Source: Dehalococcoidia bacterium (GTDB lineage Bacteria > Chloroflexota > Dehalococcoidia > GIF9 > UBA5629). Taken from it: a DNA stretch of 32,000 nt. Positions within the stretch are counted from its first letter, which is position 1; each line of letters starts with the position of its first letter. Below, piece by piece: positions 18,510-27,845 of the stretch. Position numbers and translations under genes: made by a program. The notes under the pieces are model-generated. The model saw only the letters and a list, made by a program, of their open reading frames with translations, was not told where the DNA came from and did not search any database. Location of the stretch: positions 1 to 32,000 of the forward strand of contig DAOTVU010000003.1 in assembly GCA_034436215.1 (NCBI GenBank). The letters are read 5' to 3'.

Positions 18510-19346
18510 TTATTTTCCTTCTATGAAACTAACTGATAACACGTGAGGCCCGACATGCGTTCCTATAACCGGGCTCACCACACTTCTAATTATATTCTCT
18601 TTAGGATAAAATTCCGCAATTTTGCTGGCCAATAACTCCAGATCATCCGGTGTACTTGCATGCTCGATCATCAGACCTTCTATCTTATTGGCGCTTTTAA
18701 CCAGATTTACCAACGTCTCAATTCCCTGCGAGCGGCTCCTTGTCCGCTGTACAGGTGTTACAATTCCATCGCGAAGAGTCAAAACCGGTGTAATCTTCAG
18801 CAGGCCGCCCAGCAGTGCCTGAGCTCTGCCAATTCTACCTCCCTTCAACAGGTATTCAAGAGTATCAAATACCATATAAGCATGAGCCCTTGAACACCAA
18901 TCCTTGACCTGGTCGGTCAGTTCCGCCAGCCCGGCACCGTCTTTAGCAGCTTCTGCTGCCCTCATAACCACGAGGCCAAGAGCACCTATTGTCTGCAACG
19001 AATCGACAATTTCGATTTTACATATATCTCCAACCATCGATTTAGCCTGAATAGCGCTTTCATATGTTGCACTTATCTTGCTCGAAAATAAAATAAGCAG
19101 AATTTCGTCTGTCTGCTTTGACATACTGGTAAATAGTTCAGCAAAATAACCTGGTGATTGTGCTGAGGTAGTGGGAAATACTTTAGATTCTACCAGACGC
19201 TTATAGAACTGCTCGGGAGTTATATCTATCCTGTCACGGTAAACTTCATTTCCAAAAAGGACATTAATAGGCACTATGGTAATGTTCAATCTATCAATTA
19301 CTTCCTGCGGTATATCAGCCGTGCTATCACATACAACCTTAACCAT
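18510..19346 (-). CDS. DegV-family fatty-acid-binding protein (FakB-like)
   Basis: 278 aa with N-terminus MVKVVCDSTADIP. Paralogous to the next gene. GGAGGGTG lies upstream of the ATG. Confidence 0.88.
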   Translation of the reverse strand: MVKVVCDSTADIPQEVIDRLNITIVPINVLFGNEVYRDRIDITPEQFYKRLVESKVFPTTSAQSPGYFAELFTSMSKQTDEILLILFSSKISATYESAIQAKSMVGDICKIEIVDSLQTIGALGLVVMRAAEAAKDGAGLAELTDQVKDWCSRAHAYMVFDTLEYLLKGGRIGRAQALLGGLLKITPVLTLRDGIVTPVQRTRSRSQGIETLVNLVKSANKIEGLMIEHASTPDDLELLASKIAEFYPKENIIRSVVSPVIGTHVGPHVLSVSFIEGK

Positions 19347-19368
19347 TTACACCCTCCATATTTTCATT

Positions 19369-21003
19369 CTACTCCAGTGATACGATATAGAAATAGTGTG
19401 GTTGCCCACCCCTGACTACCTCTATCTGTTTGCCGGGATATTTTTCTTTCAGCGTTTGTGCAGATTGTTCGGCCTGTTCCGGTGTCGTGTCTGCTCCATA
19501 GTAAAGAGTAACCAGTTCCGCTGAGGCTACACCGCCTTTTTCAAGGCTCTCCATCAGTACACCGGTAACATCATCACCGCATGCGACCAGCTCGGAATCG
19601 TCTATGATTCCGATAGCCTGACCCTGTTTTATTTTTATTCCGTTTAGCTGAGTTGAGCGCGCAGCCGTAGTAATTTCAATCGATTTGACCGACTTTATCG
19701 CCTCAGACATTACCCGTACATTCTCTTCTATCGAGTTCTCGTAGTTAAATGATAAAAGAGCTGTTATGCCCTGTGGAATCGTCTTGCTTGGTACCATTTC
19801 GACCTTTTTATCAGTCAGTTCCTTAATTTGAGCAGCGGTTAAAATTATATTTTTATTATTGGGCAATATTATGACCTTACCCACATTCAAGGATTCTACA
19901 ACATCAAGTATCTCTTTTACACTTGGATTCATCGTTTGTCCGCCTTTCACAACTACTGCACCCAGGCTTTCAAATACTTTAATCATACCGTCACCGAATG
20001 CCACCGCAACTACGGCGATATCAGCCGGTAATGCCTTCTGCCGTTGCATCTCCTTAAAGCCTATATGCTGGTCATCCATATTCTGAATCTGTATTTGATG
20101 CAAGCTACCCAGGGAAGTGGCATATGCCAGAATACTGCCCGGATCAAAAGTATGTATGTGCACTCTAACCGCTGTTTCATCGCCTGCTACCACCAGTGAT
20201 AGTCCTTTACCCTCCAGCTTACGCCTGATTTTTTCAGGATCGAGATTATCACCTTCCAACAAAAAGTTGGTGCAGTAACCATATGCTTCTTCTTCCTCTT
20301 CTGGCACTATATTTACATTCCTGGCAGCCGTTATATTTGCGCTTACCATTTGAGGTTTTTTATATTGAAGTTCTTCAAGCTCTCCTTTGAGATATCTCGT
20401 AGCTCCATCTAATAATATATAAAGGCCCTGCCCTCCGGCATCAACTACGCCTGCCTCCATTAAAACGGGCAAAAGATTCGGCGTCCTAGCTACAGACTCC
20501 TTGGCTTCCTTAACCACAGCTTCCATAATTCCCAGGAGGTCTTCCGGATTCTTTTCAGCATATTTAAGAGCCGCGTTTGATACATCCCTAATAACTGTTA
20601 AAATTGTGCCTTCCACCGGATTGGAAAGACCTTCTCGGGCAGTTTTAGCCGCCTGAGCCAGTGCTTTCGCCCAATCAGCTCCATTAAAGGTTTCTTTTCC
20701 ATCCAAACCCTTCGATAATCCTCGAAATATCTGTGAGAGAATAACACCGGAGTTACCCCTTGCGCCGAGCAGGGCTCCGTGGGACATTGCTTTGGCCATA
20801 ACCGCAGTACTGGTATCTGAAGCACGATCCGCTTCTTCAATTACAGAACGTAGTGTCAGTAACATATTTGTCCCTGTATCGCCATCAGGGACAGGAAATA
20901 CATTAATAGCATTGATTTCAGCCACACTTTTTTCAAGCCAGCCACTTCCTGCAGCAAACATATCACGCAAATCCTTACCATTCCAGGAGTTTGCCTGTTT
21001 CAT
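19369..21003 (-). CDS. fakA: DAK2-domain protein of the YloV/FakA type (fatty acid kinase ATP-binding subunit)
   Basis: 544 aa with N-terminal Dak2/DhaL motif PDGDTGTNM. Its length and position, divergent from rpmB and upstream of DegV genes and recG, match the YloV/FakA context known from Firmicutes. Confidence 0.8.
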   Translation of the reverse strand: MKQANSWNGKDLRDMFAAGSGWLEKSVAEINAINVFPVPDGDTGTNMLLTLRSVIEEADRASDTSTAVMAKAMSHGALLGARGNSGVILSQIFRGLSKGLDGKETFNGADWAKALAQAAKTAREGLSNPVEGTILTVIRDVSNAALKYAEKNPEDLLGIMEAVVKEAKESVARTPNLLPVLMEAGVVDAGGQGLYILLDGATRYLKGELEELQYKKPQMVSANITAARNVNIVPEEEEEAYGYCTNFLLEGDNLDPEKIRRKLEGKGLSLVVAGDETAVRVHIHTFDPGSILAYATSLGSLHQIQIQNMDDQHIGFKEMQRQKALPADIAVVAVAFGDGMIKVFESLGAVVVKGGQTMNPSVKEILDVVESLNVGKVIILPNNKNIILTAAQIKELTDKKVEMVPSKTIPQGITALLSFNYENSIEENVRVMSEAIKSVKSIEITTAARSTQLNGIKIKQGQAIGIIDDSELVACGDDVTGVLMESLEKGGVASAELVTLYYGADTTPEQAEQSAQTLKEKYPGKQIEVVRGGQPHYFYIVSLE

Positions 21004-21041
21004 TTACCACCTTTTCCTTTTATCTCTAAATTAATTGTGAT

Positions 21042-21069
21042 ATTATATAACATCGTTGCTTTTTAACAA
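21042..21069 (-). promoter_or_regulatory. sigma70-like promoter candidate for fakA
   Basis: Read on the minus strand: TTGTTA (21069-21064), a 16-nt spacer, then TATAAT (21047-21042), about 40 nt upstream of the fakA ATG. Confidence 0.4.
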
Positions 21070-21095
21070 CAAAGTATCAATTAAGGGGTTTCAAA

Positions 21096-21284
21096 TTGGC
21101 TATAAAATGCGATATGTGTGGCAAAACTCTGCGCTTTGGAAACAGGGTAAGCCACTCCAAACAACATACAAGACGTACCTGGCTCCCTAATATTCAGCCG
21201 GTAACTCTCAAAATGGGCGACGCTACTGTACGCCTGAACCTCTGTTCTAGGTGCATCCGCACCAGAAACAAAATAACTTCCTAA
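21096..21284 (+). CDS. rpmB: 50S ribosomal protein L28
   Basis: 62 aa reading (M)AIKCDMCGKTLRFGNRVSHSKQHTRRTWLPNIQ..., typical of L28. TTG start with AAGGGG 7 nt upstream. Carries CxxC...CxxC. Confidence 0.9.
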   Translation: MAIKCDMCGKTLRFGNRVSHSKQHTRRTWLPNIQPVTLKMGDATVRLNLCSRCIRTRNKITS

Positions 21285-21949
21285 CATAGTGATTGTTGTA
21301 AATTCCTAATTGCGGCGCTTATACTAACATCATTATTGAAAATTGCCGAACCCGCAACCAAGACATTGGCACCTGCCTTAACAACCAGCGGAGCCGTTTT
21401 TTCGGTTATTCCACCATCTACTTCTAATTCTGCTTTAACTCCTTTATTATAGATTATTTGGCTCAATCTATCTATCTTGTCAATCATGCTGAAGATAAAA
21501 TCCTGCCCGCCAAATCCCGGATTTACCGTCATTATCAAAATAAGATCAACTGCCGGCAAAATCTCTTCAATAGCCAATAAAGGCGTAGCCGGATTCAGTG
21601 ACACCCCTGCCCTCAATCCCATCTTTTTAATCGTCCGAATTATACTATCCAGATGGGTGCTGGCTTCTACATGAACAGTAATAATATCAGCACCCGCTCT
21701 TGCAAACGAGTCCAAGTACTGTTCCGGTTTCTCTATCATCAGATGCACATCCAGTGGAATCCGCGTTATCTTTCGCAAAGATTCTACAACAGGAATACCT
21801 ATAGATATATTTGGCACGAAATGGCCATCCATTACGTCAACATGTATATAGTCTGCACCTGCTCTAACAGCTTCTTTTACCTGATTTCCTAGACAGCTAA
21901 AGTCAGCTGAAAGTATCGATGGCGCTATTTTAATCTTTTTTCGCCGCAT
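21281..21949 (-). CDS. rpe: ribulose-phosphate 3-epimerase
   Basis: 222 aa with APSILSADF, HVDVMDGHFVPN and the GFGGQ motif. Its start overlaps the argH 3' end by 20 nt. Confidence 0.92.
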   Translation of the reverse strand: MRRKKIKIAPSILSADFSCLGNQVKEAVRAGADYIHVDVMDGHFVPNISIGIPVVESLRKITRIPLDVHLMIEKPEQYLDSFARAGADIITVHVEASTHLDSIIRTIKKMGLRAGVSLNPATPLLAIEEILPAVDLILIMTVNPGFGGQDFIFSMIDKIDRLSQIIYNKGVKAELEVDGGITEKTAPLVVKAGANVLVAGSAIFNNDVSISAAIRNLQQSLC

Positions 21950-23339
21950 AACTTTTTACTATTTCCTTGGCGTTCTCCAGGCTTTTTTTCACCTGCTCAG
22001 GAGCAGTGCCTCCATAAGATTTTCTGGCCGCGACAGAGCTGGCTAAATCTATAGCATAAACCGAGCTATCAAACAATCCGGAAAACTTCCTAAATTCATT
22101 TAATTTTAGGTCACATAACTCTTTGCCCTGTTCCAAAGCATAACCAATCAGGTTGCTTACAATTCTATGCGCTTCCCGAAAAGGTAATCCCTTTCCAACC
22201 AGATAATCAGCTATGTCTGTTGCCAGTATATAGCCACGCATTGCCGACTTGATTCGTTCTCTGTTAATTTTCATTGTAGCGATCAGTCCTGATATAACCG
22301 TCAGACTCGTCTGAAGCGTATCGATACAGTCAAATAGACCTTCCTTATCTTCCTGCATATCACGGTTGTAGGCAAGTGGTAGCCCTTTCATCACCGTGAG
22401 CATACCCATCAAATGTCCGAATACGCGCCCGGTTTTGCCTCTGGCCAGCTCCGCAACATCGGGGTTCTTTTTCTGCGGCATTATACTGCTGCTGGTAGCA
22501 AAAGCATCGTCGATTTCAACAAATCCAAATTCTTCCGTTGACCATATAACGATTTCTTCCGCAAGTCTGGATAAATGCATCATTGTTATAGCACAATCGG
22601 CTTCTAATTCGATAATAAAATCTCTATCCGATACAGCATCAATACTGTTTTCACTAACTCCTAAAAACCCCAGCTTTTCAGCCACATACTGTCTGTTAAC
22701 AGGGTATGTAACACCTGCCAGAGCTCCACTCCCCAGCGGAAGTATATTTACTCTTTTAAAACAGTCCTTAAAACGTTGTATATCGCGATAAAACATATAA
22801 AAATATGCCAGCAGGTGATGGGCGAACATTACAGGTTGTGCTTGTTGAAGGTGTGTATAACCTGGCATTATTACTTCGATATTATTTGAAGCACATCTGA
22901 TAAGTTGAGAATTTAGCCCGTATAAATCATCTATCAAAATGTTTATAGAATCCCGACAATATAACCTTATATCAAGGGCAATCTGATCATTACGCGAACG
23001 TGCTGTATGTAATTTACCGGCGGTCTCGCCTATAAGCTCGAAAAGACGGCTTTCGATATTCATATGAATATCTTCAAGTTCTGTTTTAAATTTAAGCTTC
23101 CCTTCTTCAATTTCCTGACGTATTGTTTTTAAACCTTTGCTGATAATCCGATAATCTTTCTGAGATATAATTTTCTGTTTTGCCAGCATTTCCACATGTG
23201 CCAGACTACCTTCGATATCATATTTATAAAGCCTCCGATCAAAAGATATCGACTCAATATAGCTCTGCACAGCCTTATCAAGCGATTTTTTGAATCTACC
23301 TCTTATTCCTGCCAGTTCTTTTCCCACTTTAACCTGCAT
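21930..23339 (-). CDS. argH: argininosuccinate lyase
   Basis: 469 aa with GYTHLQQAQP and the fumarate-lyase signature SSIMPQKKNPD. Confidence 0.93.
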   Translation of the reverse strand: MQVKVGKELAGIRGRFKKSLDKAVQSYIESISFDRRLYKYDIEGSLAHVEMLAKQKIISQKDYRIISKGLKTIRQEIEEGKLKFKTELEDIHMNIESRLFELIGETAGKLHTARSRNDQIALDIRLYCRDSINILIDDLYGLNSQLIRCASNNIEVIMPGYTHLQQAQPVMFAHHLLAYFYMFYRDIQRFKDCFKRVNILPLGSGALAGVTYPVNRQYVAEKLGFLGVSENSIDAVSDRDFIIELEADCAITMMHLSRLAEEIVIWSTEEFGFVEIDDAFATSSSIMPQKKNPDVAELARGKTGRVFGHLMGMLTVMKGLPLAYNRDMQEDKEGLFDCIDTLQTSLTVISGLIATMKINRERIKSAMRGYILATDIADYLVGKGLPFREAHRIVSNLIGYALEQGKELCDLKLNEFRKFSGLFDSSVYAIDLASSVAARKSYGGTAPEQVKKSLENAKEIVKSYAAKKD

Positions 23340-23349
23340 AAATTCAATA

Positions 23350-24597
23350 CTATTTATCTAACCCCCGTTTCGACCGCTTCATCGAATGCAAATTTGAACC
23401 TGTATTCTGTGCCTGTGCCTGTATCTTCAAGGGCAAACCCCATATACGTATAAAACCGGCAGAATCTCTCTGGTCAAATATATCTCCTTTATCATAAGTC
23501 GCCAGTTTGTAGCTATACAATGAATAAGGCGACTTGCGCCCCACAATGATGCAGTTACCTTTATGCATTTTTACACGGATGGTCCCCGTTACGTACTTCT
23601 GTGTGCTATCAATATAGGCGTCCAGATTTTCGCGATGCAAAGAGAACCATAGACCACTGTAAATTAAATCGGCATATTCTGTAGCAACCTTCTCTTTAAA
23701 TCGCATCTGATATTTAGATAGAGTCATCGATTCAAGTGCTAGGTGGGCTTTTATAATTACTGTCGCAGCGGGAGCTTCATAATTTTCTCTTGATTTTATA
23801 CCTACTAATCTGCTCTCAATATGATCGATCCTGCCAATGCCGTTTCTCCCGGCCATAACATTCAATTTTTCAATTAATTCCAGTCCGCCCATTTTCCTGC
23901 CATTGAGTTGAATTGGGACGCCATTTTGAAATCCGATTTCTATGTACTCAGCCTTATCAGGTGCTCCGTCCGGTGATTTAGTCCATGCGTAGATATCCTC
24001 CGGTGGTTCATTCCACGGATCTTCCAGAACACCGCATTCGATGCTCCTCCCCCACGGGTTTTCATCGATTGAATACGGCTTCTTGATGTTGACCGGTACC
24101 GGTATCCTGTGCCTGTGTGCATATTCTATTGTCTCTTCTCTTGTCATACCCCATTCACGAGCCGGAGCAATAATCTTTAGATCGGGGCCGAGAGCGAGCA
24201 CGCTTACATCAAAACGTACTTGATCGTTGCCTTTTCCCGTAGAGCCATGAGCAACCGCAGTTGCTCCCTCTTGGCGAGCTACTTCTACCAGCAACTTGGC
24301 TATGAGCGGTCTACCCAATGCAGTTGCCAGCGGATATTGACCCTCATATAATGCATTGGCTTTTATCGCTCTGAACACGTATTCGTTTATAAACGTTTCA
24401 CGTGCGTCTATTGCCAGCGACTTTATAGCGCCGAGTTTTTCCGCCTTCTTCCTTATTCCTTCAACATCAGCCACACCACCGATGTTGACACAGAGTGCTA
24501 TTACATCGAGATTATATTTTTCTGCCAGCCATTTAATTGCAACCGATGTATCCAGCCCACCACTGTATGCCAGTACAACTTTTTCACGTTTCGCCAT
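23350..24597 (-). CDS. argG: argininosuccinate synthase
   Basis: 415 aa with N-terminal AYSGGLDTS ATP-pyrophosphatase motif and GSTGKGNDQVRF. Confidence 0.93.
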   Translation of the reverse strand: MAKREKVVLAYSGGLDTSVAIKWLAEKYNLDVIALCVNIGGVADVEGIRKKAEKLGAIKSLAIDARETFINEYVFRAIKANALYEGQYPLATALGRPLIAKLLVEVARQEGATAVAHGSTGKGNDQVRFDVSVLALGPDLKIIAPAREWGMTREETIEYAHRHRIPVPVNIKKPYSIDENPWGRSIECGVLEDPWNEPPEDIYAWTKSPDGAPDKAEYIEIGFQNGVPIQLNGRKMGGLELIEKLNVMAGRNGIGRIDHIESRLVGIKSRENYEAPAATVIIKAHLALESMTLSKYQMRFKEKVATEYADLIYSGLWFSLHRENLDAYIDSTQKYVTGTIRVKMHKGNCIIVGRKSPYSLYSYKLATYDKGDIFDQRDSAGFIRIWGLPLKIQAQAQNTGSNLHSMKRSKRGLDK

Positions 24598-25796
24598 TAT
24601 CGTTGCCTCTCTTTCAATACATCATTAAGAATATCGACAGCTTTTCGTATGTCTCTTTCATCTATTATAAGCGGTGGTATTAATCTAATGGTATCGGGCT
24701 TAACATTATTTATAAGCAATCCTTTTGCAGCGCATCTGTTCATAATGTCGGTTGCAATATTTTCTTTAAACGTTATCGCGACCATCAGTCCCTTTCCCCT
24801 AATTTCTTTTATGCCGGCAAATTGTCCTCTAAGACTATTGAGCTCTTCCATCAAAATTTGACCCATCTTTAATACGTGAGCCGGTATGTTTTCATCGATG
24901 ATATACTTCATCACTTCATAGGCAGCTGCGCACATTAATGGATTGCCCACAAAAGTACCCCCATGCTCTCCCACTTTAAACACACTTACTTTTTCTTTGG
25001 CCAGAAGAGCACCAATGGGGATACCGCTTCCCATTCCTTTAGCCAGTGTCATAATATCAGGTTCGACGCCGTATTGCTGATATGCGTAAAGGGTGCCGGT
25101 ACGCCCGATACCTGTTTGTATCTCATCAAGAATGAGCAAAATCCCTTTTTCATCGCACCAGGCACGCACTTTTTTAAGATAATCATCGTCAGGAATATTA
25201 ACACCACCTTCACCCTGGATAGGCTCAAGCATAATTGCACATGTCAGTTCATTGGTTGCCGTCTTGACGGCATCAATATCATTGTAATTGACGTTGACAA
25301 AGCCGGTAGGCAGTGGCGTGTAAGGTTCTTGAAATTTATTCTGGCCGGTGGCGGCAGTGGTAGCCAGCGTTCTGCCATGGAAAGAATCGGTTGTGGTTAT
25401 AATTTCATAAGCTCCGTTCAACTTAATTTTTCCATAGCGTCTGGCTAACTTTATTGCGCCCTCATTTGCCTCTGCTCCACTGTTACAGATAAAAACACGA
25501 TCAAGACAGCTTGACTTAACCAGTAATTCCGATAACTGAATCTGTGGTATCGTATAATACAGATTGGATGTCTGTGTAAGAATCTTTGACTGTCTGTTAA
25601 GAGCTTTTACCATAACGGGATGACAATGGCCAAGACTGTTAACGGCCAGGCCGGCTACAAAATCGAGGTATTCCTTCCCTGTCTCATCCCAGACCTTTAC
25701 ACCTTTACCGCGCACAAGTATCAGGTCGTTGCGCTTGAAAACCTGCATGTAAATTTTTTGTTCCAGCTCACGCCAGTTCCTACTTTCAGTTGACAA
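24597..25796 (-). CDS. argD: acetylornithine aminotransferase
   Basis: 399 aa class-III aminotransferase with LILDEIQTGIGRTG and PLP-lysine context TLAKGMGSGIPIGA. Its stop overlaps the argG ATG as TAATG. Confidence 0.9.
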   Translation of the reverse strand: MSTESRNWRELEQKIYMQVFKRNDLILVRGKGVKVWDETGKEYLDFVAGLAVNSLGHCHPVMVKALNRQSKILTQTSNLYYTIPQIQLSELLVKSSCLDRVFICNSGAEANEGAIKLARRYGKIKLNGAYEIITTTDSFHGRTLATTAATGQNKFQEPYTPLPTGFVNVNYNDIDAVKTATNELTCAIMLEPIQGEGGVNIPDDDYLKKVRAWCDEKGILLILDEIQTGIGRTGTLYAYQQYGVEPDIMTLAKGMGSGIPIGALLAKEKVSVFKVGEHGGTFVGNPLMCAAAYEVMKYIIDENIPAHVLKMGQILMEELNSLRGQFAGIKEIRGKGLMVAITFKENIATDIMNRCAAKGLLINNVKPDTIRLIPPLIIDERDIRKAVDILNDVLKERQR

Positions 25797-26580
25797 TTGT
25801 TGTACCTTTACCTTTACCTTCTATTTCATCTAAAAGCGCATGATCAATACGCCCATCAACAATACGGGTAAGCGCTACTTTTTGTGATGCGATTAATCCG
25901 GCTTCAAGCTTGGCAATCATACCACCTGAAGCTGTTCCGCTTTCTATCATAGTTCGCGCAGTAACCGAATCCACATGGGAAATTACATTTTTGGAATTGT
26001 CATAAATACCGGGCACGTCGGTGAGAAATATCAGCTTGGCAGCTTTTAAGGCAGCAGCAATTTGCGCTGCAATGGTATCACCGTTCACATTTAAAATATT
26101 ACTTCTCGCATTATTGCTATAATCAGAATTTAAACATACCGGTGCAACTACAGGCATATATCCCGTATTTAAAAGAATTCTCAATAGTTTTACATCTACC
26201 GTAAGCTCTTCAGCGGTTAACCCGAGGGCGGAGTTTTTATTTTTCCCGGCCACTACTCCTCCATCAACGCCGGAGAGACCGATGGCTTTCCCTCCACGTC
26301 TATTGATTTCAGATACCAGTTCTTTATTCACTAAGCCAGCCAGTACAGCTATTACTACTTTCAATGTTTCGCTATCAGTAACCCTTAGACCCTGAACAAA
26401 ACTGGTAGGAATGTTTAACCTGTTCAGCCAGTCTGTAACAGCGTTGCCACCACCATGAACCACAACCATCGGTACTCTTTTCTTCTGGATAGTTACCAGA
26501 TCATCCAGAGTTGTATCGTGCTGACCAAGGGTGCTTCCGCCTATCTTCACGACTATAATTTTAGGTCCGAACATTTCCAA
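25786..26580 (-). CDS. argB: acetylglutamate kinase
   Basis: 264 aa with VVKIGGS and VVVHGGGN amino-acid-kinase motifs. Overlaps the argD start by 11 nt. Confidence 0.92.
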   Translation of the reverse strand: MEMFGPKIIVVKIGGSTLGQHDTTLDDLVTIQKKRVPMVVVHGGGNAVTDWLNRLNIPTSFVQGLRVTDSETLKVVIAVLAGLVNKELVSEINRRGGKAIGLSGVDGGVVAGKNKNSALGLTAEELTVDVKLLRILLNTGYMPVVAPVCLNSDYSNNARSNILNVNGDTIAAQIAAALKAAKLIFLTDVPGIYDNSKNVISHVDSVTARTMIESGTASGGMIAKLEAGLIASQKVALTRIVDGRIDHALLDEIEGKGKGTTIVN

Positions 26581-26601
26581 TCTTTCTCATTATGCAAATA
26601 T

Positions 26602-27807
26602 CTACGTGGTATAGTTGCTATTTATAGTAACATACTCCTGCGATAGGTCGCATCCCCAGCCTGTGGCATTGCCAGCCGCGATATTCAGATTTATCCTGAT
26701 GTTTACTTGATCTTTTTTCATCATCTTACTTAGATTGTCTTTTTCAAAATGCACAGGACATCCCTTTTCCATTACCTGCACACCCTGCAGAAAAACGTCA
26801 AGCTTATTTTCTTCGAAATAAGCCCCACTTCGCCCCAGAGCCGCGACTACACGGCCCCAATTAGGATCGTTGCCATGCATGGCAGCTTTAACCAGTACCG
26901 ATCCGGTAACCGCTCTCACAACTTTTCTGGCATCGGCCGTGTTCTTTGCTCCTGATACCGTTACCTCGATGAGTTTAGTTGCTCCCTCGCCGTCAGCAGC
27001 AATATTGCAGGCCAGGTATTTACAAATATAGTTCAAAGCCTCCTGAAATACCTTCCCATTCTTATCGTTTATCAGCCTACTTCCGGACGCGCCATTGGCG
27101 ATGATAGTTACCATATCATTTGTACTAGTATCTCCGTCTACCGTAATCATATTGAAGCTCATATCTACAGCATTTTTAAGTGCTTTTTGCAAAAAGCCAT
27201 GATCTATTAAGGCATCTGTTGCAAGGAAACACAGCAAGGTAGACATACTGGGATGGATCATCCCGGCGCCTTTGGCTATGCCACCAATAATATAATGGCC
27301 GTTATCATCAGATACCCAGATCGCAACCTCTTTGGGCCGTGTATCGGTAGTCATAATGGCTCTGGCTAATTTATGGCCGCCGTCCCTGGTCAATCTGATT
27401 CTCTGTATGGAATTTTTAATTCGCTCTATAGGCAGTTCAACACCAATCACCCCTGTACTGGCTACGAGAACTTGATTGCGTTCGATACCTAATTTAAATG
27501 CCGTGGCACCTGCCATCTCTTCTGCATTTTTCAACCCTTTCTCTCCGGTACACGCATTAGCACAACCCGAGTTTACTACCACAGCGCGGGCTTTTCCCAG
27601 CTCCTGATGTCTCATGCTTAAAACTACGGGAGCAGCTTTCACTTTATTCTCGGTAAACACCGCAGCTGATAAAGCCGCTTTCTCGGAAAATAATATACCA
27701 AGATCCAGTCGCCCTTTGTATTTTATAGCCGCTTCTACAGCACCTGCTGAAAATCCCTGCGGTGATGTTACTGTACCCTTATTTATTGTCTCAATTTTTT
27801 CTTTCAT
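26602..27807 (-). CDS. argJ: bifunctional ornithine acetyltransferase / N-acetylglutamate synthase
   Basis: 401 aa. The autoprocessing-site context GMIHPSMSTLLCFLATDA and the C-terminal SxEYVxINxxYxT are typical of ArgJ. No Shine-Dalgarno lies upstream of the ATG. Confidence 0.92.
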   Translation of the reverse strand: MKEKIETINKGTVTSPQGFSAGAVEAAIKYKGRLDLGILFSEKAALSAAVFTENKVKAAPVVLSMRHQELGKARAVVVNSGCANACTGEKGLKNAEEMAGATAFKLGIERNQVLVASTGVIGVELPIERIKNSIQRIRLTRDGGHKLARAIMTTDTRPKEVAIWVSDDNGHYIIGGIAKGAGMIHPSMSTLLCFLATDALIDHGFLQKALKNAVDMSFNMITVDGDTSTNDMVTIIANGASGSRLINDKNGKVFQEALNYICKYLACNIAADGEGATKLIEVTVSGAKNTADARKVVRAVTGSVLVKAAMHGNDPNWGRVVAALGRSGAYFEENKLDVFLQGVQVMEKGCPVHFEKDNLSKMMKKDQVNIRINLNIAAGNATGWGCDLSQEYVTINSNYTT

Positions 27808-27816
27808 AAGTTCAAA

Positions 27817-27845
27817 AATATAGCACTTTTCTATCTATTATTCTA
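27817..27845 (-). promoter_or_regulatory. extended -10 promoter candidate for the arg operon (possibly giving a near-leaderless argJ mRNA)
   Basis: Read on the minus strand: TGC-TATATT (27825-27817), ending 9 nt before the argJ ATG. A weak -35 TAGAAT (27845-27840) sits at 17-nt spacing. This is pattern only. Confidence 0.3.

Noticed and set aside
21081-21287. 68-aa minus-strand ORF overlapping rpmB
   Set aside because: The plus-strand frame encodes an unmistakable L28 with a good SD. The minus-strand ORF is its shadow.
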